Source: the human T2T-CHM13v2.0 reference genome, Homo sapiens. Taken from it: a DNA stretch of 64,000 nucleotides. The position numbers and the translations under genes are program-made. The number at the start of each line of letters is the position of its first letter. The first letter of the stretch is position 1. Positions 44,400-58,559 of this stretch are shown piece by piece. A model generated the notes under the pieces. That model had not been told where the DNA came from. It worked only from the letters and a program-made list of their open reading frames with translations, and searched no databases. The stretch lies in NCBI RefSeq assembly GCF_009914755.1, contig NC_060933.1; one strand, written 5' to 3'.

Positions 44400-47300
44400 A
44401 CAACCCGAATGGAATGGAATGTAATGGAGAGTAAGGGAGTTGAATAGAATCAATCCGAATGTAATGGAATGGAATGGAACGGAATGGAATTGAATGGAAT
44501 GGAATGGAATGCAATGGAATGGAATCAACCCGAGTGCAATGGAATGGAGAGGAATGGAATGGAATGGAATGGAAACTACCCGAATGGAATGGAATGTAAT
44601 GGAGTGTAAGGGAATTGAATAGAATCAATCCGAATGTACTGGAATGGAATGGAACGGAATGGAATGGAATGGAATGGAATGGAATGGAATGCAATGGAAT
44701 GGAATCAACCCGAGTGCAATTGAATGGAATTGAATGGAATGGAATGCAATGGAATGGATTCAACTTGAATGGAATGGAAAGAATGGAATCAACACGAGTG
44801 GAAGGGCGTGGATTGGAATGGAATGGAATGGAATCAACCCGAGTACAGGGGAATGGAATGGAATGGAATGCAATTGAATGGAATCATCCGTAATGGAATG
44901 GAAAGGAATGGAATGGAATGGAATGAAATGGAATGGAATGGAATGGAATCAACTCGATTGCAATCGAATGGAATGGAATGGGATTAACCCGAATAGAATG
45001 GAATGGAATGGAATGGAACGGAACGTAATGGAATGTAATGGAATGGAATGGAATGGAACGGAACGGAATGGAATGGAATGGAATGGAATGGAACGGAACG
45101 GAACGGAATGGAATGGAATGGAATGGAATGCAATGGAATCAACGCGAGTGCAGGGGAATGGAATGGAATGGAATGCAATGGAATGGAATCTTCCAGAATG
45201 GAATGGAATGGAACGGAATGGAATGAAAAGCAATGGATTCAACTCGATTGCAATGGAATGGAATAGAATGGAATGGAATGGAATGGAATGCAGTTAATCC
45301 GAATAGAATGGAATGGAATGGAATGGAACGGAATGGAACGGAATGGAATGGAATGGAATGGAATGGAATGGAATGGAATGGTATGGAATGGAATGGAATG
45401 GTACGGAATAGAATGGAATGGAACGAATTGTAATGGAATGGAATTGAATGGAATGGAATGGAATGGAATGGAATCAACGCGATTGCAAGGGAATGTAATG
45501 GAACGGAATGCAATGGAATGGAATCATCCGGAATGGAATGGAATGGAATGGAATGGAATGGAATCAACCCGAGTGCAATGGAATGCAGTGGAATGGAATG
45601 GAATGGAATGGAAACTACCCGAATGGAATGGAATGAAATGGAGAGTAAGGGAGTTGAATAGAATCAATCCGAATGTAATGGAATGGAATGCAACGGAATG
45701 TAATGGAATGGAATGGAATGGAATGCAATGGAATGGAATCAACCCGAGTACAATGGAATGGAATGGAATGGAATGGAATGCAATGGAATGGAATGGAATG
45801 GAATGGATTGGAATACATTGAAACCGAATGGAATGGAAAGGAATGGAATCAACACGAGTGGAATGGAAAGGAATGGAATGGAATGGAATGGCATGGAATG
45901 GAATGGAATGATACGGAATAGAATGGAATGGAAAGAAATGGAATGGAATGGAATGGAATGGAATGGAGTGGAATGGAATGGAATCGTTCCGAGTGGAATA
46001 GCAGGGAATGTATTCGAGTGGAATGGAAAGGAATGGAATCAACCAGAGTAGAATGGAAGGGAATGGAATGGAATGGAAACTAATAGAATGGAATCAACCC
46101 GAGTGGAATGGAATGGAAAGGACTGGAATGGAAAGGAATGGAATGGAATGGAATGGAATGGAATGGAATGGAATGGAATCAACGCGAGTGCAGGGGAATG
46201 GAATGGAATGGAATGGAATGGAATGGAATGGAATGGAATGGAATGGAATGGAATGGAATGGAATGGAATAAACCCGAGTGCAGGGGAATGTAATGGAACG
46301 GAATGCAATGGAATGGAATCATCCGGAATGGAATGGAATGGAATGGAATGGAATCAACCCGAGTGCAATGGAATGGAGTGGAATGGAATGGAATGGAATG
46401 GAACAACCCGAATGGAATGGAATGTAATGGAGAGTAAGGGAGTTGAATAGAATCAATCCGAATGTAATGGAATGGAATAGAACGGAATGGAATTGAATGG
46501 AATGGAATGGAATGGAATGGATTGGAGTCAACCCGAGTGCAATGGAAAGGAGAGGAATGGAATGGAATGGAATGGAAACTACCCGAATGTAATGGAATGT
46601 AATGGAGTGTAAGGGAATTGAATAGAATCAATCCGAATGTAATGGAATGGAATGGAATGGAATGCAGTGGAATGGAATGGAATGGAATCAACCCGAGTGC
46701 AATGGAATGGAGTGAAATGGAATGGAATGGAATGGAAACAACCAGAATGGATTGGAATATAATGGAGTGTAAGGGAATTGAATAGAATCAATCTGAATGT
46801 AATGAAATGGAATGGAACGGAATGGAATGTAATGGAATGGAATGGAATGCAATGGAATGGAATCAACCCGAGTGCAATCAAATGGAATCGAATGGAATGG
46901 AATGCAATGGAATGGATTCAACTTGAATGGAAAGGAAAGAATGGAATCAACACGAGTGGAATGGCATGGATTGGAATGGAATGGAATGGAATCAACCCGA
47001 GTACAGGGGAATGGAATGGAATGGAATGCAATCCAATGGAATCATCAGTAATGGAATGGAAAGGAATGGAAAGGACTGGAATGGAATGGAATGGAATGGA
47101 ATGGAATGGAATCAACTCGATTGCAATCGAATGGAATGGAATGGAATTAACCCGAATAGAATGGAATGCAATGGAATGGAACGGAACGGATTGGAATGGA
47201 ATGGAATGGAATGGAATGGAACGGAAAGGAATGGAATGGAATGGAACGGAATGGAATGGAATGGAATGGAATCAACGCGAGTGTAAGGGAATGGAATGGA

Positions 47301-50300
47301 ATCGAATGGAATGGAAAGGAATGGAATGGAATCAACCCGAGTGCAGGGGAATGTAATAGAACGGAATGCAATGGAATGGAATCATCCGGAATGGAATGGA
47401 ATGGAATGGAATGGAATCAACCCGAGTGCAATGGAATGGAGTGGAATGGAATGGAATGGAATGGAACAACCCGAATGGAATGGAATGTAATGGAGAGTAA
47501 GGGAGTTGAAAAGAATCAATCCGAATGTAATGGAATGGAATGGAACGGAATGGAATGGAATGGAATGGAATGGAATAGAATGTAATGGAATGGAAAGAAC
47601 CCGAGTACAATGGAATGGAATGGAATGGAATGGAATGGAATGGAATGGAATGGAATGGAATGCAATGGAATGGAATCTTCCGGAATGGAATGGAATGGAA
47701 TGGAATGCAATGGATTCAACCCGATTGCAATGGAATGGAATAGAATGGAATGGAATGGAATGGAATGGAATGGAATGGAATGGAATTAAACAGAATAGAA
47801 TGGAATGGAATGGAATGGAACGGAACAGAACAGAACGAAACGGAAAGGAGTGGAATGGAATGGAATGGAATTGTATGGAATGGAATGGAATGGTACGGAA
47901 TAGAATGGAATGGAAAGAATTGGAATGGAATGGAATCGAATGGAATGGAATGGAATGGAATGGAATCAACCCGAGTGCAGGGGAATGTAATGGAACGGAA
48001 TGCAATGGAATGGAATCATCCGGAATGGAATGGAATGGAATGGAATGGAATGGAATGGAATGGAATGGAATGGAATCAACCTGAGCGCAATGGAATGGAG
48101 TGAAATGGAATGGAATGGAATGGAGACAACCAGAATGGATTGGAATATAATGGAGTGTAAGGGAATTGAATAGAATCAATCAGAATGTAATGAAATGGAA
48201 TGGAACGGAATGGAATGGAATGTAATGGAATGGAATGGAATGCAATGGAATGGAATCAACCCGAGTGCAATCGAATGGAATCGAATGGAATGGAATGCAA
48301 TGGAATGGATTCAACTTGAATGGAATGGAAAGAATGGAATCAACACGAGTGGAATGGCATGGATAGGAATGGAATGGAATGGAATCAACCCGAGTATAGG
48401 GGAATGGAATGGAATGCAATGCAATGGAATGGAATTATCCGTAATGGAATGGAAAGGAATGGAATGGAATGGAACGGAATGGAATGGAATGGAATCAACT
48501 CGATTGCAATCGAATGGAATGGAATGGAATTAACCCGAATAGAATGGAATGGAATGGAATGGAACGGAACGGAATGGAATGGAATGGAATGGAATGGAAT
48601 GGAATGGAATGGGACGGAAAGGAAGGGAATAGAACGGAATAGAAAGGAATGGAATGGAATCAACGCGAGTGCAGGGGAATGGAATGGAATGGAATGCAAT
48701 GGAATGGAATCTTCCGGAATGGAATGGAATGGAATGGAATGGAATGGAATCAACCCGAGTGCAATGGAATGGAGTGGAATGGAATGGAATGGAAGGGAAC
48801 AACCCGAATGGAATGGAATGGAATGGAGAGTATGGGAGTTGAATAGAATCAATCCGAATGTAATGGAATGGAATGGAACGGAATGGAATTGAATGGAATG
48901 GAATGGAATGCAATGGAAAGGAATCAACCCGAGTGCAATCGAATGGAGAGAAATGGAATGGAATGGAATGGAAACTACCCGAATGGAATGGAATGTAATG
49001 GAGTGTAAGGGAATTGAATAGAATCAATCCGAATGTAATGGAATGGAATGGAACGGAATGGAATGGAATGGAATGGAATGGAATGGAATGGAATGCAATG
49101 GAATGGAATCAACCCGAGTGCAATCGAATAGAATTGAATGGATTGGAATGCAATGGAATGGATTCAACTTGAATGGAATGGAAAGAATGGAATCAACACG
49201 AGTGGAATGGCATGGATTGGAATGGAATGGAATGGAATCAACCCGAGTACAGGGGAATGGAATGGAATGGAATGCAATGGAATGGAATCATCCGTAATGG
49301 AATGGAAAGGAATGGAATGGAATGGAATGGAATGGAATGGAATGGAATCAACTCGATTGCAATCGAATGGAATGGAATGGAATTAACCCGAATAGACTGG
49401 AATGGAATGGAATGGAACGGAACGTAATGGAATGGAATGGAATGGAATGGAATGGAACGGAACGGAATGGAATGGAATGGAATGGAATGGAATGGAATGG
49501 AATCAACGCGAGTGCAGGGGAATGGAATGGAATGGAATGCAATGGAATGGAATGGATTGCAATGGAATGGAATCTTCCGGAATGGAATGGAATGGAATGG
49601 AATGGAATGGAATGAAATGCAATGGATTCAACTCGATTGCAATGGAATGGAATAGAATGGAATGGAATGGAATGGAATGGAATGGAATTAATCCGAATAG
49701 AATGGAATGGAATGGAATGGAACGGAATGGAACGGAACAGAATGGAATGGAATGGAATGGAATGGAATGGAATGGTATGGAATGGAATGGAATGGTACGG
49801 AATAGAATGGAATGGAACGAATTGTAATGGAATGGAATTGAATGGAATGGAATGGAATGGAATGGAATGGAATGGAATCAACGCGAGTGCAGGGGAATGT
49901 AATGGAACCGAATGCAATGGAATGGAATCATCCGGAATGGAATGGAATGGAATGGAATGGAATGGAATCAACCCGAGTGCAATGGAATGGAGTGGAATGG
50001 AATGGAATGGAATGGAAAAACCCGAATGGAATGGAATGTAATGGAGAGTAAGGGAGTTGAATAGAATCAATCCGAATGTAATGGAATGGAATGGAACGGA
50101 ATGGAATTGAATGGAATGGAATGGAATGCAATGGAATGGAATCAACCCGAGTGCAATGGAATGGAGAGGAATGGAATGGAATGGAATGGAAACTACCCGA
50201 ATGGAATGGAATGTAATGGAGTGTAAGGGAATTGAATAGAATCAATCCGAATGTACTGGAATGGAATGGAACGGAATGGAATTGAATGGAATGGAATGGA

Positions 50301-52100
50301 ATGGAATGGAATGCAATGGAATGGAATCAACCCGAGTGCAATCGAATGGAATCGAATGGAATGGAATGCAATGGAATGGAATCAACTTGAATGGAATGGA
50401 AAGAATGGAATCAACACGAGTGGAATGGCATGGATTGGAATGGAATGGAATGGAATCAACCCGAGTACAGGGGAATGGAATGGAATGGAATGGAATGCAA
50501 TTGAATGGAATCATCCGTAATGGAATGGAAAGGAATGGAATGGAATGGAATGAAATGGAATGGAATGGAATGGAATCAACTCGATTGCAATCGAATGGAA
50601 TGGAATGGGATTAACCCGAATAGAATGGAATGGAATGGAATGGAACGGAACGTAATGGAATGTAATGGAATGGAATGGAATGGAATGGAATGGAATGGAA
50701 CGGAACGGAACGGAATGGAATGGAATGGAATGGAACGGAACAGAATGGAATGGAATGGAATGGAATGGAATGGAATGGAATCAACGCGAGTGCAGGGGAA
50801 TGGAATGGAATGGAATGCAATGGAATAGAATCTTCCGGAATGGAATGGAATGGAATGGAATGGAATGGAATGAAATGCAATGGATTCAACTCGATTGCAA
50901 TGGAATGGAATAGAATGGAATGGAATGGAATGGAATGGAATTAATCCGAATGGAATGGAATGGAGTGGAACGGAATGGAACGGAATGGAATGGAATGGAA
51001 TGGAATGGAATGGTATGGAATAGAATGGAATGGTACGGAATAGAATGGAATGGAACAAATTGTAATGTAATGGAATTGAAAGGAATGGAATGGAATGGAA
51101 TGGAATCAACGCGAGTGCAGGGGAATGTAATGGAACGGAATGCAATGGAATGGAATCATCCGGAATGGAATGGAATGGAATGGAATGGAATGGAATGGAA
51201 TGGAATGGAATCAACCCGAGTGCAACGGAATGGAGTGGAATGGAATGGATTGGAATGGAACAACCCGAATGGAATGGAATGAAATGGAGAGTAAGGGAGT
51301 TGAATAGAATCAATCCGAATGTAATGGAATGGAATGCAACGGAATGTAATGGAATGGAATGGAATGGAATGCAATGGAATGGAATCAAACCAAGTACAAT
51401 GGAATGGAATGGAATGGAATGGAATGGAATGGAATGGAATGGAATGGAATGGATTGGAATACCTTCAAACCGAATGGAATGGAAAGGAATGGAATCAACA
51501 CGAGTGGAATGGAATGGAATGGAATGGAATGGAATGGCAAGGAATGGAATGGAATGATACGGAATAGAATGGAATGGAACGAAATGGAATGGAATGGAAT
51601 GGAATGGAATGGAATCGTTCCGAGTGGAATAGCAGGGAATGTATTCGAGTGGAATGGAAAGGAATGGAATCAACCAGAGTAGAATGGAAGGGAATGGAAT
51701 GGAATGGAAACTAACAGAATGGAATCAACCGAATGGAATGGAATGGAAAGGACTGGAATGGAAAGGAATGGAATCGAATGGAATGGAATGGAATGGAATG
51801 GAATGGAATGGAATCAACGCGAGTGCAGGGGAATGGAATGGAATGGAATGGAATGGAATGGAATGGAATGGAATGGAATGGAATGGAATCAACCTGAGTG
51901 CAGGGGAATGTAATGGAACGGAATGCAATGGAATGGAATCATCCGGAATGGAATGGAATGGAATGGAATGGAATGGAATGGAATGGAATGGAATGGAATC
52001 AACCCGAGTGCAATGGAATGGAGTGGAATGGAATGGAGTGGAATGGAACAACCCGAATGGAATGGAATGTAATTGAGAGTTAGGGAGTTGAAAAGAATCA
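44400..52100 (+). repeat. More diverged direct duplication at about 5.6 kb offset (~44400-46450 vs ~50020-52100)
   Basis: ORF pairs 44878/50505, 45688/51334 and 46008/51639. Shared markers: GTACTGGAAT, GGGATTAACCC, GAAATGGAGAGT, TGATACGG, AATAGCAGGG, CCAGAGTAG. More substitutions separate these copies than the other pairs. Confidence 0.75.
46195..46269 (+). repeat. Perfect (GGAAT)15 tract, joint longest seen (the other is 59357-59431)
   Basis: 75 bp with no variant pentamer, counted from the sequence lines. Confidence 0.75.
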
Positions 52101-55100
52101 ATCCGAATGTAATGGAATGGAATGCAACGGAACGGAATGGAATGGAATGGAATGGAATGGAATGGAATGGAATGGAATGGAATGGAAAGCAATGGAATGG
52201 AATCAACCCGAGTACAATGGAATGGAATGGAATGGAATGGAATGGAATGGAATGGAATGGAATGGAATGGAATGCAATGGAATGGAATCTTCCGCAATGG
52301 AATGGAATGGAATGGAATGCAATGGATTCAACTCGATTGCAATGGAATGGAATAGAATGGAATGGAATGGAATGGAATGGAATTAAACCGAAGAGAATGG
52401 AATGGAATGGAATGGAACGGAACGGATTGGAATGGAATGGAATGGAATGGAATGGAACGGAAAGGAATGGAATGGAATGGAATCAACGCGAGTGTAAGGG
52501 AATGGAATGGAATCGAATGGAATGGAAAGGAATGGAATGGAATCAACCCGAGTGCAGGGGAATGTAATAGAACGGAATGCAATGGAATGGAATCATCCGG
52601 AATGGAATGGAATGGAATGGAATGGAATCAACCCGAGTGCAATGGAATGGAGTGGAATGGAATGGAATGGAATGGAACAACCCGAATGGAATGGAATGTA
52701 ATGGAGAGTAAGGGAGTTGAAAAGAATCAATCCGAATGTAATGGAATGGAATGGAACGGAATGGAATGGAATGGAATGGAATGGAATAGAATGTAATGGA
52801 ATGGAAAGAACCCGAGTACAATGGAATGGAATGGAATGGAATGGAATGGAATGGAATGGAATGGAATGGAATGGAATGGAATGCAATGGAATGGAATCTT
52901 CCGGAATGGAATGGAATGGAATGGAATGCAATGGATTCAACCCGATTGCAATGGAATGGAATAGAATGGAATGGAATGGAATGGAATGGAATGGAATGGA
53001 ATGGAATTAAACAGAATAGAATGGAATGGAATGGAATGGAACGGAACAGAACAGAACGAAACGGAAAGGAGTGGAATGGAATGGAATGGAATTGTATGGA
53101 ATGGAATGGAATGGTACGGAATAGAATGGAATGGAAAGAATTGGAATGGAATGGAATCGAATGGAATGGAATGGAATGGAATGGAATCAACCCGAGTGCA
53201 GGGGAATGTAATGGAACGGAATGCAATGGAATGGAATCATCCGGAATGGAATGGAATGGAATGGAATGGAATGGAATGGAATGGAATGGAATCAACCTGA
53301 GGGCAATGGAATGGAGTGAAATGGAATGGAATGGAATGGAGACAACCAGAATGGATTGGAATATAATGGAGTGTAAGGGAATTGAATAGAATCAATCAGA
53401 ATGTAATGAAATGGAATGGAACGGAATGGAATGGAATGTAATGGAATGGAATGGAATGCAATGGAATGGAATCAACCCGAGTGCAATCGAATGGAATCGA
53501 ATGGAATGGAATGCAATGGAATGGATTCAACTTGAATGGAATGGAAAGAATGGAATCAACACGAGTGGAATGGCATGGATAGGAATGGAATGGAATGGAA
53601 TCAACCCGAGTATAGGGGAATGGAATGGAATGCAATGCAATGGAATGGAATTATCCGTAATGGAATGGAAAGGAATGGAATGGAATGGAACGGAATGGAA
53701 TGGAATGGAATCAACTCGATTGCAATCGAATGGAATGGAATGGAATTAACCCGAATAGAATGGAATGGAATGGAATGGAACGGAACGGAATGGAATGGAA
53801 TGGAATGGAATGGAATGGAATGGAATGGGACGGAAAGGAAGGGAATAGAACGGAATAGAAAGGAATGGAATGGAATCAACGCGAGTGCAGGGGAATGGAA
53901 TGGAATGGAATGCAATGGAATGGAATCTTCCGGAATGGAATGGAATGGAATGGAATGGAATGGAATCAACCCGAGTGCAATGGAATGGAGTGGAATGGAA
54001 TGGAATGGAAGGGAACAACCCGAATGGAATGGAATGGAATGGAGAGTATGGGAGTTGAATAGAATCAATCCGAATGTAATGGAATGGAATGGAACGGAAT
54101 GGAATTGAATGGAATGGAATGGAATGCAATGGAAAGGAATCAACCCGAGTGCAATGGAATGGAGAGAAATGGAATGGAATGGAATGGAAACTACCCGAAT
54201 GGAATGGAATGTAATGGAGTGTAAGGGAATTGAATAGAATCAATCCGAATGTAATGGAATGGAATGGAACGGAATGGAATGGAATGGAATGGAATGGAAT
54301 GGAATGGAATGCAATGGAATGGAATCAACCCGAGTGCAATCGAATAGAATCGAATGGATTGGAATGCAATGGAATGGATTCAACTTGAATGGAATGGAAA
54401 GAATGGAATCAACACGAGTGGAATGGCATGGATTGGAATGGAATGGAATGGAATCAACCCGAGTACAGGGGAATGGAATGGAATGGAATGCAATGGAATG
54501 GAATCATCCGTAATGGAATGGAAAGGAATGGAATGGAATGGAATGGAATGGAATGGAATGGAATCAACTCGATTGCAATCGAATGGAATGGAATGGAATT
54601 AACCCGAATAGACTGGAATGGAATGGAATGGAACGGAACGTAATGGAATGGAATGGAATGGAATGGAATGGAACGGAACGGAATGGAATGGAATGGAATG
54701 GAATGGAATGGAATGGAATCAACGCGAGTGCAGGGGAATGGAATGGAATGGAATGCAATGGAATGGAATCTTCCGGAATGGAATGGAATGGAATGGAATG
54801 GAATGGAATGAAATGCAATGGATTCAACTCGATTGCAATGGAATGGAATAGAATGGAATGGAATGGAATGGAATGGAATGGAATTAATCCGAATAGAATG
54901 GAATGGAATGGAATGGAACGGAATGGAACGGAAGAGAATGGAATGGAATGGAATGGAATGGAATGGAATGGTATGGAATGGAATGGAATGGTACGGAATA
55001 GAATGGAATGGAACGAATTGTAATGGAATGGAATTGAATGGAATGGAATGGAATGGAATGGAATGGAATGGAATCAACGCGAGTGCAGGGGAATGTAATG

Positions 55101-55280
55101 GAACCGAATGCAATGGAATGGAATCATCCGGAATGGAATGGAATGGAATGGAATGGAATGGAATCAACCCGAGTGCAATGGAATGGAGTGGAATGGAATG
55201 GAATGGAATGGAACAACCCGAATGGAATGGAATGGAATGGAGAGTAAGGGAGTTGAATAGAATCAATCCGAATGTAATGG
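47180..55280 (+). repeat. Direct duplication at about 5.2 kb offset (~47180-50000 repeated at ~52415-55200)
   Basis: ORF offsets are 5211 (47296/52507), 5216 (48320/53536, 49322/54538) and 5196 (49842/55038). Shared markers: CGCGAGTGTAAGGG, AAACAGAATAG, AATCAATCAGAAT, GAGTATAGGGG, ATTATCCG, GAGAGTATGGG, AATAGACTGG. Confidence 0.88.
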
Positions 55281-58200
55281 AATGGAATGCAACGGAATGG
55301 AATGGAATGGAATGGAATGGAATGCAATGGAATTGAATCAACCCGAGTACAATGGAATGGAATGGAATGGAATGGAATGAAATGGAATGGAATGGAATGG
55401 AATGATACGGAATAGAATGGAATGGAACGAAATGGAATGGAATGGAATGGAATGGAATGGAATCGTTCCGAGTGGAAAAGGAGGGAATGTATTCGAGTGG
55501 AATGGAAAGGAATGGAATCAACCAGAGTGGAACGGTAGGGAATGGAATGGATTGGAAACTAATAGAATGGAATCAACCCGAGTAGAATGGAATGGAAAGG
55601 ACTGGAATGGAATGGAATGGAATGGGATCAACTCGATTGTAATGGAATGGAATGGAATGGAATGGAATGGAATGGAATTAACCCGAATACAATGCAATGG
55701 AATGGAATGGAATGGAATGGAGTGGAATGGAATGGAATCAACCCGAGTGCAGGGGAATGGAATGGAATGGAATGCAATGGAATGGAATCATCCGGAATGG
55801 AATGGAATGGAATGGAATGCAAAGCAATGGAATCAACTCGATTGCAATGGAATGGAATGGAATGGAAAGGAATACATTGGAATCAACCCGAGTGGAATGG
55901 AATGGAAAGGACTGGAATGGAGTGGAATGGAATGGAATGGAATGGAATGGAATCAACTCGATTGGAATGGAATGGAATGGAATGGAATGGAATGGAATTA
56001 ACCCGAATAGAATGGAATGGAATGGAATGGAACAGAACGGAATGCAATGGAATGGAATGGAATGGAATGGAATGGAATGGAATGGAAACAACCCGACTTC
56101 AGGGGAATGGAATGGAATGGAATGCAATGGAATGGTTTCAACTTGAGTGGAATGGAAAGAATGGAATCAACAGGAGTGGAATGGCATGGATTGGAATGGA
56201 ATGGAATGCAATCAACCCGAGTACAGGGGAATGGAATGGAATGGAATGCAATGGAATGGAATCATCCGTAATGGAATGGAAAGGAATGGAATGGAATGGA
56301 ATGGAATGGAATGGAATAGAATGGAATGGAATGGAATGGAATCAACTCGATTGCAATCGAATGGAATGGAATGGAATTAACCCGAATAGTATGGAATGGA
56401 ATGGCATGGAACGGAACGGAACGGAATGGAATGGAATGGAATGGAACGGAAAGGAATGGAATTGAAGGGAATGGAATGGAATGGAATGGAATGGAATCAA
56501 CGCGAGTGCAGGGGAATGGAATGGAATGGAATGCAATGGAATGGAATCTTCCGGAATGGAACGGAATGGAATGGAATGGAATGGAACAACCCGAATGGAA
56601 TGGAATGTAATGGAGAGTAAGGGAGTTGAATAGAATCAATCCGAATGTAATGGAATGGAATGGAACGGAATGGAATTGAATGGAATGGAATGGAATGCAA
56701 TGGAATGGAATCAACCTGAGTTCAATGGAATGGAGAGGAATGGAATGGAATGGAATGGAAACTACCCGAATGGAATGGAATGTAATGGAGTGTAAGGGAA
56801 TTGAATAGAATCAATCCGATTGTAATGGAATGGAATGGAACGGAATGGAATGGAATGGAATGGAATGGAAAGGAACGGAATGGAATGGAATGGAATGGAA
56901 TGGAATGCATTGGAATGGAATGGAATGCAATGTAATGGAATCAACCCGAGTGCAATCGAATGGAATCGAATGGAATGGAATGCAATGGAATGGATTCAAC
57001 TTGAATGGAATGGAAAGAATGGAATCAACACGAGTGGAATGGCATGGATTGGAATGGAATGGAATGGAATCAACCCGAGTACAGGGGAATGGAATGGAAT
57101 GGAATGCAATGGAATGGAATCATCCGTAATGGAATGGAAAGGAATGGAATGGAATGGAATGGAATGGAATGGAATGGAATGGAATGGAATCAACTCGATT
57201 GCAATCGAATGGAATGGAATGGAATTAACCCGAATAGAATGGAATGGAATGGAATGGAACGGAACGGAACGGAATGGAATGGATTGGAATGGAATGGAAT
57301 GGAATGGAATGGAACGGAAAGGAATGGAATGGAATGGAATGGAATGGAATGGAATGGAATCAACGCGAGTGCAGGGGAATGGAATGGAATGGAATGCAAT
57401 GGAATGGAATGGAATGGAATAAACCCGAGTGCAATGGAATGGAGTGGAATGGAATGGAATGGATTGGAACAACCCGAATGGAATGGAATGTAATGGAGAG
57501 TAAGGGAGTTGAATAGAATCAATCCGAATGGAATGGAATGGAATGGAACTTAATGGAATTGAATGGAATGGAATGGAATGCAATGGAATGGAATCAACCC
57601 GAGTTCAATGGAATGGAGAGGAATGGAATGGAATGGAATGGAAACAACCCGAATGGAATGGAATGTAATGGAGTGTAAGGGAATTGAATAGAATCAATCC
57701 GAATGTAATGGAATGGAATGGAACAGAATGGAATGGAATGGAATGGAATGGAATGCAATGGAATGGAATCAACCCGAGTGCAATCGAATGGAATCGAATG
57801 GAATGGAATGCAATGGAATGGATTCAACTTGAATGGAATGGAAAGAATGGAATCAACACGAGTGGAAGGGCATGGATTGGAATGCAATGGAATGGAATCA
57901 ACCCGAGTACAGGGGAATGGAATGGAATGGAATGCAATGGAATGGAATCATCCGTAATGGAATGGAAAGGAATGGAATGGAATGGAATGGAATGGAATGG
58001 AATGGAATCAACTCGATTGCAATCGAATGGAATGGAATGGAATTAACCCGAATAGAATGGAATGGAATGGAATGGAACGGAACGGAATGGAATGGAATGG
58101 AATGGAATGGAACGGAAAGGAAGGGAATGGAATGGAATAGAATGGAATGGAATGGAATCAACGCGAGTGCAGGGGAATGGAATGGAATGGAATGCAATGG

Positions 58201-58559
58201 AATGGAATCTTCCGGAATGGAATGGAATGGAATGGAATGGAAACTACCCGAATGGAATGGAATGTAATGGAGTGTAAGGGAATTGAATAGAATCAATCCG
58301 TATGTAATGGAATGGAATGGAACGGAATGGAATGGAATGGAATGGAATGGAATGGAATGGAATAGAATGCAATGGAATGGAATCAACCCGAGTGCAATCG
58401 AATGGAAGCGAATGGAATGGAATGCAATGGAATGGATTCAACTTGAATGGAATGGAAAGAATGGAATCAACACGAGTGGAATGCCATGGATTGGAATGGA
58501 ATGGAATGGAATGGAATGAACCCGAGTACAGGCGAATGGAAGGGAATGGAATGCAATGG

